Shown here: positions 12,858 to 25,334 of the stretch, piece after piece
Layout of the letters: every line of letters begins with the position of its first letter
Numbering within the stretch: position 1 is the first letter of the stretch
NCBI GenBank assembly: GCA_030390025.1
Contig: CM059432.1
Location: 12,338,001-12,402,000, forward strand
Direction: 5' to 3'
Length of the DNA stretch: 64,000 nt
Source of the DNA: Squalus acanthias
Lineage: Eukaryota
Position numbers and translations under genes: made by a program
Notes under the pieces: model-generated
What the model was told of the DNA's origin: nothing
The model's input: the letters and a program-made list of their open reading frames with translations, nothing else
Database searches by the model: none

Positions 12858-13632
12858 CAGTCGTGGCTCAGTTGGTTAGCACTCTCGCCTCTCAGTCGGA
12901 AGGTCGTGAGTTCACGTCCCACACCAGTCCCACTTCCGGAGATGAAGAGGTTGTCTTATGAAGAAAGGTTGAGCCTATACTCTCTGGAGTTTAGAAGAAT
13001 GAGAGGGTTTCTTTGAAACATGTAAGGTTCTGAAGGGGATTGACAGGGTAGATGCAGAGAGGATGTTTCCCCTCGTGGGGGAATCTAGAACTAGGGGGCA
13101 TAGTTTCAGAATAAGGGGGCACCCTTTTAAATCGGAAATGAGGAGGAATTTCTTCTCTCAGAGGGTCGTGAATCTTTGGAATTCTCTTCCCCAGAGAGCT
13201 GTGGAGGCTGGGTCATTGAATCTATTTAAGGTGGAGATAGACAGATTTTTGAACGATAAGGGAGTCAAGGGTTATGGGGAGCGGGCAGGGAAGTGGAGTT
13301 GAGGCCAAGATCAGATCAGCCATGATCTTACTGAATGGCGGAGCAGGCTCGAGGGGCCAAATGACCTACTCCTGCTCCTACCTCTTATGTTCTTATGTTA
13401 TGTCCAAAAGACTTGGGCGCAAAATCTAGGCCAACATTCCATCGCAGGACTGAGGGAGTGCCGCACTGTTGGAGGTGCTCAACAAACACCTTAATACAGG
13501 TTAACTGTTCATTTATCTCACTGCTGTCTGTAGGACCTTGCTGTGCGCAAATTGGCTGCTGCATTTCCTACATTGTAAAGTGTTTTGTGACGTCCTGAGG
13601 GTGTGGAAGGCTCTTTATAAAATGCAAGTTCG
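12858..13632 (+). mobile_element. Deu-domain SINE (head 12858-12925, remainder 13405-13632) split by a CR1 3' fragment (12935-13400)
   Basis: tRNA head gtggctcagttggttagcactctcgcc; CR1 ORF 13063-13302 and tail; SINE body resumes after the CR1 tail. Confidence 0.8.
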
Positions 13633-14299
13633 TCTTCTCATGGTTAACTTTTCAACGAGCAGCACCCTGGTGTAGACTGTAGGACATTCTGAGCTGAAGA
13701 GTGTTTCTATTAACGTCAAGTAAAACACGCAAGCCACTGAAATGGTTGGTATGAACAGGTTCAAGACAGAAATTGAAAGCTACTTTAACACAGAAAAAAG
13801 AGATTGAGGGAATTTTTTTTTATTCGTTCATGGGATGCGGGCGTTGCTGGCAGGGCCCACATTTATTGCCCGTCCCTATAATAGGAAGACGCGGTTGAAA
13901 AATGAATAAAAAAGGAATAGCCTTGGACCTAAAGGCTTCTTTTTATTACCAGAAGGATACTTAAGTTATAAAGTATTTTTGCAAAGTCTACTGATAATTC
14001 ATTTGCCGCACTGAAAAATTGAATTATCCAATAATTTGAATTAAGCAATATAAGTAACACAGCAAATTAGGAACTTCATGTAAAAAAAATCCTTTATTTA
14101 AATTAGATTACTTGAATTAAGCAACTCTGAATTAAGAGTAGACTATATTGAATTCCCCTCAACTGACCCCACACCAAAAATAATGCTCAATGTTACAAAA
14201 CAAAGTTAGAATGGAGAGTGGCATTACATTAGAGAAAACTGTGCAACCGAAACAAAAATTTGGACAATTATCATGTATTCCCTTTAGCGTAACAAAGGA

Positions 14300-14723
14300 G
14301 AAAGATTATATAACTAGGGCTGTATCCCCTGGAAGTTAGAAGGTTGAGGGGTGACCTGATCGAAGTTTTCAAGATATTAAGAGGAACTGATTGGGTAGAT
14401 AGAGAGAAACTATTTCCGCAGGCTGGGGAGTCTAGGATTAGGGGACATAGTCTAAAAATTAAAGCCAGATCTCTTAAGAGTGAAGTTAGGAAACACTTCT
14501 ACACACAAAGGGTGGTAGAAGTTTGGAACTCTCTTCCGCAAACGGCAGCTGATGCTAGATCAATTGTTAATTTTAAATCGGAGACTGAAAGATTTTTGTT
14601 AACCAAAGGTATTAAGGGATACGGGGCAAAGGCGGGTATATGGAGTTAGGTCGCTGATCAGCCATGATCTCATTGAATGGCGGAACAGGCTCGAGGGGCT
14701 GAATGGCCTACTCCTGTTCCTAT
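14300..14723 (+). mobile_element. CR1 LINE 3' fragment (tcctatg-tailed subfamily)
   Basis: ORF 14344-14649 RGDLIEVFKIL...VWNSLP; same subfamily as 57290-57927. Confidence 0.9.
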
Positions 14724-14964
14724 GATGAAAACTTAAGGAGGTGGAGTAGTTGCAGTTTACCACGGAGTAAAGTCTCTTGCTGAAACAGGCACATAAAATC
14801 TTCCGAAGTGAACTCTGTTTAGTCAAGAGTTGCTGACCAGTCTAAGGTAATTAAAAAAAAGGGCTTCAATTATTCTTTTTATTAAGCCACATGGTACTTG
14901 CAGAGTGTTTTCTTTGTCAATGACCTTGCTTTTTTTAACCTCCCTCAACAGCACTGAGATAGTC

Positions 14965-15455
14965 AGATGAGTGCTGCTCCAACAACACTCAAGAAGCTCG
15001 ATACCATCCAGGACAAAGCAGCCCGCTTGATTGGCACCCAATCCACCACCTTAAACATTCACTCCCTCCACCACCGGCGCACCGTGTCTGCAGTGTGCAC
15101 CATCTACAAGATGCACTGCAGCAACTCATCAAGGCTCCTTCGACAGCACCTCCCAAACCTGTGACCTCTACCACCTAGAAGGACAAGGGCAGCAGGCGCA
15201 TGGCAACACCATCACCTCCAAGTTCCCCGACAAGTAATGCGCCATTCTGACTTGGAAATATATCGCCGTTCCTTCATCGTCGCTGGGTCAAAATCCCGGA
15301 ACTCCCTCCCTAACAGCACAGTTGGAGTACCTTCACCACACGGACTGCAGCGGTTCAAGAAGGCAGTTCACCACCACCTTCTCAAGGGCAATTAGGGATG
15401 GCAATAAATGCAGGCCTCGCCAGCGACGCCCACATCCCGAGAATTAATTTAAAAA
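14965..15455 (+). mobile_element. 3' end of a second CR1/L2-group LINE family with an A-rich tail
   Basis: MSAAPTTLKKLDTIQDKAARLIG...WNSLP; other copies at 34850-35498, 41445-42050, 50472-51021. Confidence 0.85.
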
Positions 15456-16002
15456 ATACAGTCAGAGAGAACAGTTGAGATACTGTTCTACTGGTGCCAG
15501 ACACCCTCCGGTTCCTTGCACAAGTTCCCCCCTTTTCATGGATTAACCCAGACAATGAGATGTCAGCTGGCTATTTGACAATGGGAGGCATTACAGCTGA
15601 TCCAATGCTGTCCTTACCCGACATGCACACTTTCTAGTGTATGCTATTGGATAGAATCAAGAGTTGGAGGCCTCAATGGTTTCTTTTTTCCTCCCTAGCC
15701 AGAACAGATGAGGTCAATTGTAATGCCAACAAAGCCAGGTCAGTTAATTGAGTACAACCTGGAACCTTCTCAAGCGTAGGGTTCAGCTGCATGTGGCATT
15801 TTCCAACTGAACCGTGGACTGAGCTAAAGTAGTAGCTTTCTCAAAAAAAACAGCTTGATGAACTCCCCAATGCCTCAAGATAGTCTCAATGTGTGTTGCC
15901 AATGAATAGCAGAGTCATAATGACTAGCAAGGTCCTAGATTCCATCCCCAGTACGTGTTTAGTTATCTGACCTCAGCTGGGGTAGAAGTATGCATGTAGA
16001 AG

Positions 16003-16460
16003 TGTCAGCTGTGGCTCAGTGGGTAGCACTCTCGCCTCCGAGTCGGAAGGCTGTGGGTTCAAGTCCCACTCCCGAGACTTGAACACACACAAAAAAAAAA
16101 CAAGCCTGACACTCCAGTGCAGTGCTGAGGGAGTGCTGCACTGTCGGAGGTGCCGTCTTTCGGATGAGACGTTAAACCGAGGCCCCGTCTGCTCTCAAAG
16201 ATCCCATGGCACTATTCGAAGAAGAGCAGGGGAGTTATCCCCGGTATCCTGGCCAATATTTATCCCTCAATCAACATAACAAAAACAGATTATCTGTTTT
16301 TCTAACATTGCTGTTTGTGGGAAGTTGCTGTGCGCAAATTAGCTGCCGCATGTCCTACATTACAACAGTGACTACACTTCAAAAGTACTTCATTGGCTGT
16401 AAAGCGCTTTGGGACGTCCGGTTGTCATGCCAATGATATAAATGCAAGTCTTTCTTTCTT
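16003..16460 (+). mobile_element. Deu-domain SINE, full length, inserted in an older SINE-like element
   Basis: A box tggctcagtgg, B box ggttcaagtccc, Deu core, tail. Confidence 0.88.
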
Positions 16461-16659
16461 TACCATCTGCCTCAGACACTTGGGTTAGAGAGGGCTCCTG
16501 CTCCTGTTATTGATGCAAGTGTGTGTGTATGGACAGGACTTGGCTTGGGTGAGAAGGCCCCAGTGATTGAATAGCCTGCGAACACTCACCAGCAGGGCTG
16601 GCCTACAAATAATAGCCACTTGGGCAAGGAATTGGAATATAACCCGCACATACTAGAAT

Positions 16660-17071
16660 AGTGCCAGGGATGAGGGACTAGAGAAGCTGGGATCGTTCTC
16701 CTTAGAGCAGAGTAGGTTAAGGGGAGATTTAATAGGAGGTGTTCAAAATCATGAAGGGTTTTGATAGAGTAAATAAGGAGAAACTGTTTCCAGTGGCAGA
16801 AGGGCTGGTAACCAGAGGACACAGATTTAAGGTAATTGGCAAGAGAGCCAGAAGTGAGATGAAAATAAAGAAATTTACACAGTGGGTTGTTATGATCTGG
16901 AATGCACTGCCTGAAAGGGTGGTGGAAGCAGATTCAATAATAACTTTCAAAAGGGAATTGGATAAATACCTGAAGGGGAGAAAATGGCAGGGGAATGGGA
17001 CTAATTGGATAGCTCTTTCAAAGAGGCACCATGGGCTGAGTGGCCTCCTTCTGTGCTGTAAGATTCTATGA
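16660..17071 (+). mobile_element. CR1 LINE 3' fragment (ttctatga-tailed, HER1-like)
   Basis: ORF 16739-17071 VTRGHRFKVIG...IWNALPERVVEA. Confidence 0.88.
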
Positions 17072-18189
17072 TTTGGAACTGTACCCCAACATGGCAGTGC
17101 CTTGAGGAGGAAGGAGGTTTCTAACTGATAAGAAAAATTTAAAAAAACGGTCGAAGCCCGTTCCACCCCACCCCAAGGTGCCTACGAGACTACACACTGC
17201 CCAGGCCTATGGCATAGAGTGCCAATGAGCCTCTGACCTCCTCCTCTCACCTGATTCGAGCAACCCTCTGCCAAGTAAAGCTCCCAAGCCCGTCAACCCT
17301 CAGCACCTCGTGCTTATGAAATGTACAGAACTCGGTGTATTTTCAAGTACCAAATAATGTAAACTGTAATTTGAATTATTACCCAGCAGTGTAAGCAAAG
17401 TTTTCTAGATTCATCGAGTTTCTTTTTAAGACGCAGTTTGAATGGCACTGCAAGAAAACCTTGGACCTGCAGCTGCTTTATCCAGAAGGATCTTGCGGTG
17501 AATGCCTCGGAGTAACCCACCCCCTCCAATGATCACCACCCACCAAAATATTGCCTTTTTTTCTTACTTTACAAGACAACAGAATCTGCGGCGTATCACA
17601 AGGCAGGAACAGTGCGCGAGGGGTGGAGGTGACTTCATAACCCGTGACAGCAGAGCTGCATTAGAGGGATATCACACTCACCGTTTCACCAAGAGTTAGG
17701 TTAACCTGACCAAAAAAGCTGTGATACTTTCCCTGTGCCCTGCCCCCAAGCTCCTGAACTAAAAATAGAACACGCCGTTCACCACGTCGCTGGTACAGTT
17801 CTTCCTCACCGATACAGAAAAGAGAGAGAGAAAAAAAACCCCACTGGAAAGGTCAGACCACAACACTTTCGGTGCAGCCTAAAAATGCCACACTTGTACA
17901 AACCAGACAACATCAGCTGCCGACTAAGTGCCAGCACTCAGCACATCGCTGTAGAATGGGTAAAAACTAGATTACTGACCCCCCAAAAATCTAACTGACG
18001 CATGTTTCTCCACCTCCAGCGTGCAGTTTAGCGAAACAGAGAGTACGCAATTGTTAAAACAAGCTGTCAAACTATTTTTTTTCGTAAGATGAGTTCGCGA
18101 CTGCAATAGTAATTCAGGAGGTAGAGAAACCCGAAGCTGATGGGGGGATTTAACCCCTGGAAAATTTCAGCAACAATTTTAATGAGTCT

Positions 18190-18460
18190 CCCCGATTTTA
18201 ATCGCTCCACCATTGGCGGCCGTGCCTTCAGCTGTCGAGGCCCTAAAGCTCTGGAATTCCCTCCCTAAACCTCTCCGCCTCTCTCTCCTCCTTTAAGACG
18301 CTCCTTAAAACCTCCCTCTTTGACCTCAAGCTTTTGGTCACCTGTCCCAATATCTCTATGTGGCTCGGTGTCAAATTTTGTTTGATTACGCTCCTGTGAA
18401 GCGTCCTGGGATGTCGTTAAAGGCGCTATATAAATGCAAGCTGTTGTTGTTGCTGCTGCT
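18190..18460 (+). mobile_element. L2-type LINE 3' end
   Basis: ccaccattggcggccgtgccttcagc (GGRAFS)...ctctggaattccctccc and tail aaggcgctatataaatgcaag(tgt)n; further copies at 26500-26769 and 54050-54472. Confidence 0.82.
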
Positions 18461-19021
18461 GCCCATTCCCACCATTCAACATTTAAAACAAAACGACTCA
18501 CAACTTGTCGGATATTTTTGTGTCTTCCGTGTGTCTACCCACCAGCCCCTGCCCCCCTTTCCAGAGGTGCTAATTCTTGCTGGAATGCTCTTCCATGGGC
18601 ATCAGCCGGCCTCTAGCACCTCACCCAAAGTGGGCATCCTTCATGGGTGAGCCAAAGGCACGTCTACTTGACCCAGCGTCCTGTTGAGAGATGGCAGATC
18701 CCCCTTCGTCGACTCTACTCCCAAGTATAGCGGGATGGGAGGAGGGGAGGGGAGGGGAATCATTTGAGCTCTGATGGTGTCCAAGGTATTTCATGGGTCC
18801 TACAATCTGCTGTTGGGATTAGATGGCTCCAGTTCTGGCCTGCTAAATGTACAGAGCGGGCTGGCTCGGTGTATCTGCATCATCACGCTATTTTGGAATT
18901 GGCTCCATGTTCCAATTTTATGGGTTTATTTAAAAAATAAATTACAGCTTTCGAGGCACATCCACGCTCAGGCCTCCAAATCCCTGCCAGATTTTATTTA
19001 CTTAAGCTGGGCTCAAACTTG

Positions 19022-19468
19022 TCATAGAGTCATACAGCACAGAAAGAGGCCCTTCGGCCCATCGTGTCTGCGCCGGCCATCAAGCCCTGTCTGTTCTAAT
19101 CCCATTTTCCAGCACTTGGTCCGTAGCCTTGTATGCTATGGCGTTTCAACTGCTCATCTAAATGCTTCTTGAATGTTGTGAGGGTTCCTGCCTCTACCAC
19201 CCTTTCAGGCAGTGAGTTCCAGATTCCAACCACCCTCTGGGTGAAAAAGTTTTTCCTCAAATCCCCTCTAAACCCCCTGCCCCTTACCTTGAAGCTATGC
19301 CCCCTGGTTACTGACCCCTCTACTAAGGGGAAAAGTTCCTTTCTATCTACCCTATCTATGCCCCTCATAATTTTGTACACCTCAATCAGGTCCCCCCTCA
19401 GCCTTCTCTGCTCGAAGGAAAACAACCCCAGCCTGCCCAGTCTCTCTTCATAGCTGAAGCGCTCCAGC
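19022..19468 (-). mobile_element. CR1 LINE 3' fragment
   Basis: ORF 19096-19524 SYEERLGRLGLFS...RGDLIEVYKIM. Confidence 0.9.
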
Positions 19469-19789
19469 TTGAGAGAAGTTTTGCTCCATTTTCTCAAAGC
19501 CTCCCTACTTCTTTGTTGCCCCATTACAGGCGATGTACAATTAAATCTGATTATTCAAAGAGCCGGCACAGGCATGACGGGTCGAATGGCGTGCCGGTCG
19601 AATGGCCTCCTTCTGTGCTGTAACTTTCTATGATTTTATGAATCGAAGAGGGTAATGGCTACCTGGCAGTTAATATAAAAAGCCGCAACTTAATCGAGTT
19701 TTGTGATAAGGTCACAGACTACAAGTGTAAACTCGCAATTCGGCTGCAACTATTAATAATGAAGCTGCAAGTGCTTGCATCTACACCAA

Positions 19790-20345
19790 CCTGCATTTAT
19801 ATAGCACCTTTAACATAGTAAAACGTCCCAAGACGCTCCACAGGAGCGATTATCAAAAATATTCGACACCGAGCCACATAAGGAGATATTAGGGCAGATG
19901 ACCAAAAGCTCGGTCAAAGGGGTCAGTTTTAAAGAGCGTCTTAAAAGAGGAGAAAGAGGTAGAGAGGCGGAGAGGTTTAGGGAGGGAATTTCAGAGCTTA
20001 GGGCCCAGGCAGCTGAAGGCACGGCCATCGATGGTGGAGCGATTAAAATCGAGGAACGAACAATAGGCCAGAATTGGAGGAGCGCAGATATCTCGGAGGG
20101 TTGTAGGGCTGGAGAGGTTACAGAGATAGGGAGGGGCGAGGCCATGGAGGGATTTGAAAACAAGGATGAGGATTTTTAAAATCGAGGTGCTGCCAGTCCG
20201 GGAGCCAATGTAGGTGAGCGAGCACAGGGGTGATGGGTGAACGGGACTTGGTGCGAGTTAGGACACGGGGCAGCAGAGTTTTGGATGAACTCAAGTTTAC
20301 GGAGGGTGCGAGATGGGAGACCGGCCAGGAGAGCATTGGAATAGT
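19790..20345 (-). mobile_element. L2-type LINE 3' part
   Basis: Antisense LTRTKSRSPITPVLAHLHWLP (typical L2 ORF2 C-terminus) and L2 tail. Confidence 0.85.
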
Positions 20346-20970
20346 CATAGGAAATGTGAATGTCATAGGAACTGTATTAACATTGCAAATATTATATATA
20401 AAAAGGTACACAATCGCATCTCTTAAGTCATTGAGACTATCTGGTGGGAGTGGGAAAGCAAAAGGGAGAGAAAAAAGGAAGCACGATTAATCAGCAGGAT
20501 ATCACATGTTTACTTTCAGAGAAACTGCAAAAATCCCTTTAAACAGGTTCAAGAGATTGAAAACACGCAACTCGTTTATAAAGTCGCAAAGAGGCTCATA
20601 ACAGGGGATTGCAGCCCAGAATGGTACATTCCACTTGCTCCTTACAACCACGTGGATATACAGTTCAGTGGAAGATTTATTTTTCTCCTGGCTCTGTCAA
20701 ATATGTTATACAATTTAGCAAGCAGAAAGAAAATGCACGTTTCGCGATTGTGGAGTGGACACGCGATACGTCATTTCAGCATGGTTACTCACGGGCTTCA
20801 AAGGCAGAGCCCGTAACTGCAGTTATGTTAAAAACATAAACACCGCTGCAACATTCTGACATACGGTGCTGATGTACAAGCAAATATACATCCTTCACTA
20901 CTTAATGCTACACACAAGCCAACCTTTTAAAAATATATATATATATATGCCAAGTTCAGAAGTGTTGCAA

Positions 20971-21242
20971 GATGCGAGTGCATGAGAGAGCGAGTGCACG
21001 AGAGGGAGAGCGTGCGCGCGAGAGCGAGTGCACGAGAGGGAGAGCGTGCGCGAGAGAGAGAGTGCACGAGAGGGAGAGCGTGCGCGAGAGAGCGAGTGCA
21101 TGAGGGAGAGCGTGCGCGAGAGAGCGAGTGCGCGAGAGGGAGAGCGTGCGCGAGAGAGTGCGCGAGAGAGAGAGCGTGCGCGAGAGAGCGTGCGCGAGAG
21201 AGTGCGCGCGAGAGAGAGCGTGCGCGAGAGAGAGAGCGTGAG
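20971..21242. repeat. Imperfect GA/CG minisatellite, units like GAGAGCGTGCGCGA / GAGAGTGCACGA
   Basis: Directly visible tandem units; produces the Arg/Glu/Ala low-complexity ORFs. Confidence 0.95.
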
Positions 21243-21560
21243 TGGGATGCAAAGAGAAGAACCTGTAATTGACTGTGTTTAGAGATTATGAATTTCCACA
21301 GCCGAACTGCAATGCTCAAAATGCTAACGGCAAACAATGCCAGATTCTTGGATTGAAATTCATTTTGGTAGCATCCAGATTTGCTCGACTATCTCATTCC
21401 CTCCCCCCAGCCCCCCTCCCCCACCCTCGGAGTGTCATTCCAGCAATTAGCCAAACAACAGAAGGACTACTATCAACCAAAAGAAAAAAAAAATGCACTC
21501 TGCCAGAGAAAACAAGCTTTAACTTATTGCTTCATTGGAAGCCAGACTTCACGATGCAGT

Positions 21561-21801
21561 AGCAAAATACTGCGGACGCTGGAAATCTGAAATAAAAACA
21601 GAAAATGCTGGAAATGCTCAGCAGGTCAGGCAGCATCCGTGGAGAGAGAGAGAGAGAGAAACGGAGTTAACGTTTCAGGTTGATGACCTTTTGTCAGAAC
21701 TGTTCTGACGAAGGGTCATCGACCTGAAGCGTTAACTCTGTTTCTCTCTCTCCACAGGTGCTGCCTGACCTGCTGAGCGTTTCCAGCATTTTCTGTTTTT
21801 A
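21561..21801. mobile_element. Penelope-like element remnant arranged as a ~100-bp-arm palindrome
   Basis: Arms taaaaacagaaaatgctggaaa...gtcagaac|t|gttctgac...tttccagcattttctgttttta centred on 21701; each arm carries a degenerate hammerhead motif. Confidence 0.75.
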
Positions 21802-22472
21802 GTTGACGATGCCGAGGTAGACACTGAAAACCCAGGCGAACAGCTTAATAACAGCCTGCTTCACCAGTTCAGAGTGTTACTGGGCTTACACTTTATAAAC
21901 AGTGACATTTACTAAGCACAGCGTGCAGCAGACAAGAATGCTATGTTTTTTAAAACGAAATAAAACCTCAGCATTTACACAAAAATGTAAATCCCACAAA
22001 TCCCTAATTTTGGAAAACAATTACACACCCACCCTCGACAAATCCAAAACGTAACCGGCAGCAGTAACTATTCTGTTAAATAGCCAGAGTGCGTGTTGCC
22101 ATAAATAGGCGCACAGAAATTTATCGATAATAGAGCTGATCTGTCACGCTGCCTTGCGCCTGAAAACTCTTCATGTAACTTGCAGATATTGATTTCTTGC
22201 TCAAATCATCCAGCACCAGTAATAAAATTTGAGTGGGCCGCGCAGCCAGTTAAAGGGACCACGCACACAAAAAAAAATTAGAGGGTACATTGGTTGTAGG
22301 GCTGGAGGAGGTTATAGGGATAAGGAGCGGAAGAGGCCATGACGGTATTTAAATGTAAGAATTATAAAATTGAAGCATGGGGCAACTGGGAGCCAATATA
22401 GTTCAGCAAGAATAGGGGCGATGGGTGAGCAAGACTTGATGCAGGATAGGATATGGGGAGCAGAGTTTTGGA

Positions 22473-22892
22473 TTGGGCTTATACTCGCTGGAGTATAGAA
22501 GAATGAGAGGGGATCTCATCGAAACATATAAAATTCTGACAGGTCTGGACAAACTAGATGCAGGAAGAATGTTCCCGATGGTCGGAGAGTCCAGAACCAG
22601 GGGTCATAATCTACGGATAACGGGTAAACCATTTAGGACAGAAATGAGGAAGAATTTCTTCACCCAGAGAGTGGTGAACCTGTGGAATTCTCTACCACAG
22701 AAGGTAGTTGAGGCCAATTCATTAAATATATTGAAGAATGAGTGAGATATATTTCTTAAAGATAAAGGTATCAAGGGATATGGGGAGAAGGCAGGGACAG
22801 GGTACTGAGTTTGGATGATCAGCCATGATCTCATCGAATGGCGGAGCAGGCTCGAGGGGCCGAATGGCTTACTCCTGCTCCTATCTTCTATG
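22473..22892 (+). mobile_element. CR1 LINE 3' fragment
   Basis: GLYSLEYRRMRGDLIETYKIL... Confidence 0.9.
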
Positions 22893-23181
22893 GATGAGTG
22901 GAAGTCATAGAGGGTGAAGATGGGAGGAGAGCACTGGAATAGTTATGTCTGGAGGTGACAAAGGCATGGATTGGCTTTAGCAGCAGGGGCAGGGCAGGAG
23001 CAGAGGCGGGTGATGTTATGGAGATGAAAGTAGGCGTTCTTTGTCATGGAGCGGATATGGAGTTTGCAGCTCAGCTCAGGGTCAAATAGGACGCCAAAAC
23101 TGCAGAGTCTGGGACAATGGCTGGTGAGCGGGATGGAATCGGTGGCGAGGGTACAGAGTTTGTGGAAGGGCCAAAGACAAT

Positions 23182-24553
23182 GGGCTGAATTTTCCGGGGT
23201 GGTAGCGGGCGCGATCGGTGGCGGGTCAGGTGGGAAAGTTGTTTTTTTTTGACAGCGGGTCAGGAACCCCCTGTCAACTCGCTCCCACACGCCTTTCCCA
23301 CAGGCGCGTCTGTCAGCGCGGAGCTGACCCGACCTGCAGCGGCGGGGGACCCAATTGAAATCATTATGAGGTACTTTACAGGCACTTAACAGCTTTCCCC
23401 CGCCCCCCCCCCCTACTTTTTAAATTTCCATGCATGGCCACGGCATTCACACAGCTCGGGAACCGCGTCTGTCAACCTGAGGCAGGAGTTCCGTGGCCAT
23501 TGCTCCAGCTGATTACTTGACAGCACGGAAAACAAACCAAAGTAAAAACATGTTGATTACATCAGCTAACAGATTGTTGGAGATTCTGTTCTACTTGAAA
23601 TGCTACTGGTAAATGTAAATTTTTCACTGGCCATTCTCGGCTGTTGCCTTCCAACTGAACAGTAATTGCAGTGAATTGATCTGCACTATAAAAAATGACA
23701 CATACACCATTTAAATCTATTTTTGTGTTGATTCTGGTCAGGTTTTTCTCACAGTATACTGTGACTGTCCAGTTACACATTAAATCAAAACATCAACCGT
23801 AACAATTTCATTCTCGTCACTCATTCCACTGGTTCAATTTGCTTTCAGTCTGTGAATATGACTAATTTAATTTTTCAGCTTGAGAATTTAGGGTGAATTT
23901 CTGCGGAGGTTCTCTCACTTGTCCATCGTTAACTTCAATGTAAGAGCTGCAGAAATCCCAGAAACACATTGTAAGCACCACTTACACTGTCAGGGATTCC
24001 GCAGCTCTTCCACTGAACTTACATAAGATTGTAAATCCACCCCTTTACAATTACATTTAAAATCTGCTTAATTTTATGTATTACCTATACACACACAGCT
24101 TTTATTTGTACTAGTTACTGATACAAAAGTCTATAGTTTTGTGACTAAAGCACCAATAACTTCCCAATTAATGCACTTTTTTCATTATGTTCTTGATCGT
24201 ATTTGTAGATGGAGTCATATTACTTAATGATAATTTTATTTAAATATTTCTTTGTCACTCATATATAACTTATTATATTATTGTACAGTAAAGATTCAAC
24301 ATCCATTATGTTAGATTAAAATTAAAATTTAATGTGGCCAGGGTCCCTTTAAGGATCCCGGCTTAAAACGCGTCGTGAATGACGTCACCGGACCCGCTCC
24401 ATCTAATTGGGCCGGCTAACGCGCTAGGCGGGCTTAATAGACTCCATTAAGCTAAGTTCATTTTCTACAGCGGGATGGAGCCAGCAGCAGGGTCGCGACC
24501 CCGCCACAGACACCGCCCACACCGGACCCGCCCAGGTAAGGAAAATTCCGGCC
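23182..24553. mobile_element. Non-autonomous Harbinger-like DNA element (1372 bp)
   Basis: TIRs gggctgaattttcc...ggaaaattccggcc; 3-bp TSD aat/aat; host L2 continues on both sides. Confidence 0.65.
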
Positions 24554-25334
24554 AATATCTTCAGTCTTTCCAATGTTTAACTGGAGGAAATGACGTCTCA
24601 TCCAAGACTGGATATCAGACATGCAGTTTGACAAGAGGCAGTGGAGGGGTTGAGACTGAGAATGGAGAGGTGGAGGTGGGTGTCGTCAGTTGGAAGCTGA
24701 TCCCATGTCTGCAGATGATGCTCGGTGAGAAAGAGGAAAGGACCAAGAGCACATCCAGGCTAATGGCGCGGGATCGGGAAGAGAATCCATTGTTGGAAGT
24801 GCTCTGGCTAAAGAGGGAAAGGCATTGGAGGAGGATGCAGAGAGGTTGAGGAGGACAAGAAGGGACTAATGCACTATGGTCACACTCAGAGGATGTTATT
24901 TATGACGTTGGCTAGGGCTGATTTAGTGCTGTAGCAGCAACAGAAACCTGACTGGAGAGATTCAAATATGGAGCTGTAGGAAAGATGAGCATGGATTTAG
25001 GAGATAGGAAAGAATGAGGGAGGCAAGGAGTTTGACAAAGAGATATTTCTGTATTTATACGATGCCAGATAGCTAGGGTAAATTTGATTAAAAATGAATT
25101 CATCCATCCGCATATCTGGCTGTATCCCACTGTCCAGTGGCAGTGGTGACCAATACATGTAACTGGCTGGGCACAATCAGACCTAATTGTTGTATTCAAT
25201 GAGAAATGGGTCTCCTAAATGGGTTTACTTTGTTGTTTCAATGCCTTTGTTCAGAAACCAATTATCAAAAGTTGCTTGGTAGCTACCTAAAATATTAACA
25301 TATGCTGATTGACTACTTGAAAAGACTACTCTTA

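Larger units (their letters stand above)
22293..25030 (-). mobile_element. Old L2 LINE fragmented by a CR1 (22473-22892) and a DNA element (23182-24553)
   Basis: Antisense FGVLFDPELS...AYFHLHNITRL (L2 RT C-terminal part); the L2 resumes after each insertion. Confidence 0.65.

Noticed and set aside
16003..16075. tRNA genes (also near 5310-5388, 10085-10150, 34360-34449, 63612)
   Set aside because: A/B boxes run straight into SINE bodies; these are SINE heads.
20927..21337. Arg/Glu/Ala-rich or SRA-repeat proteins
   Set aside because: Translations of a minisatellite.
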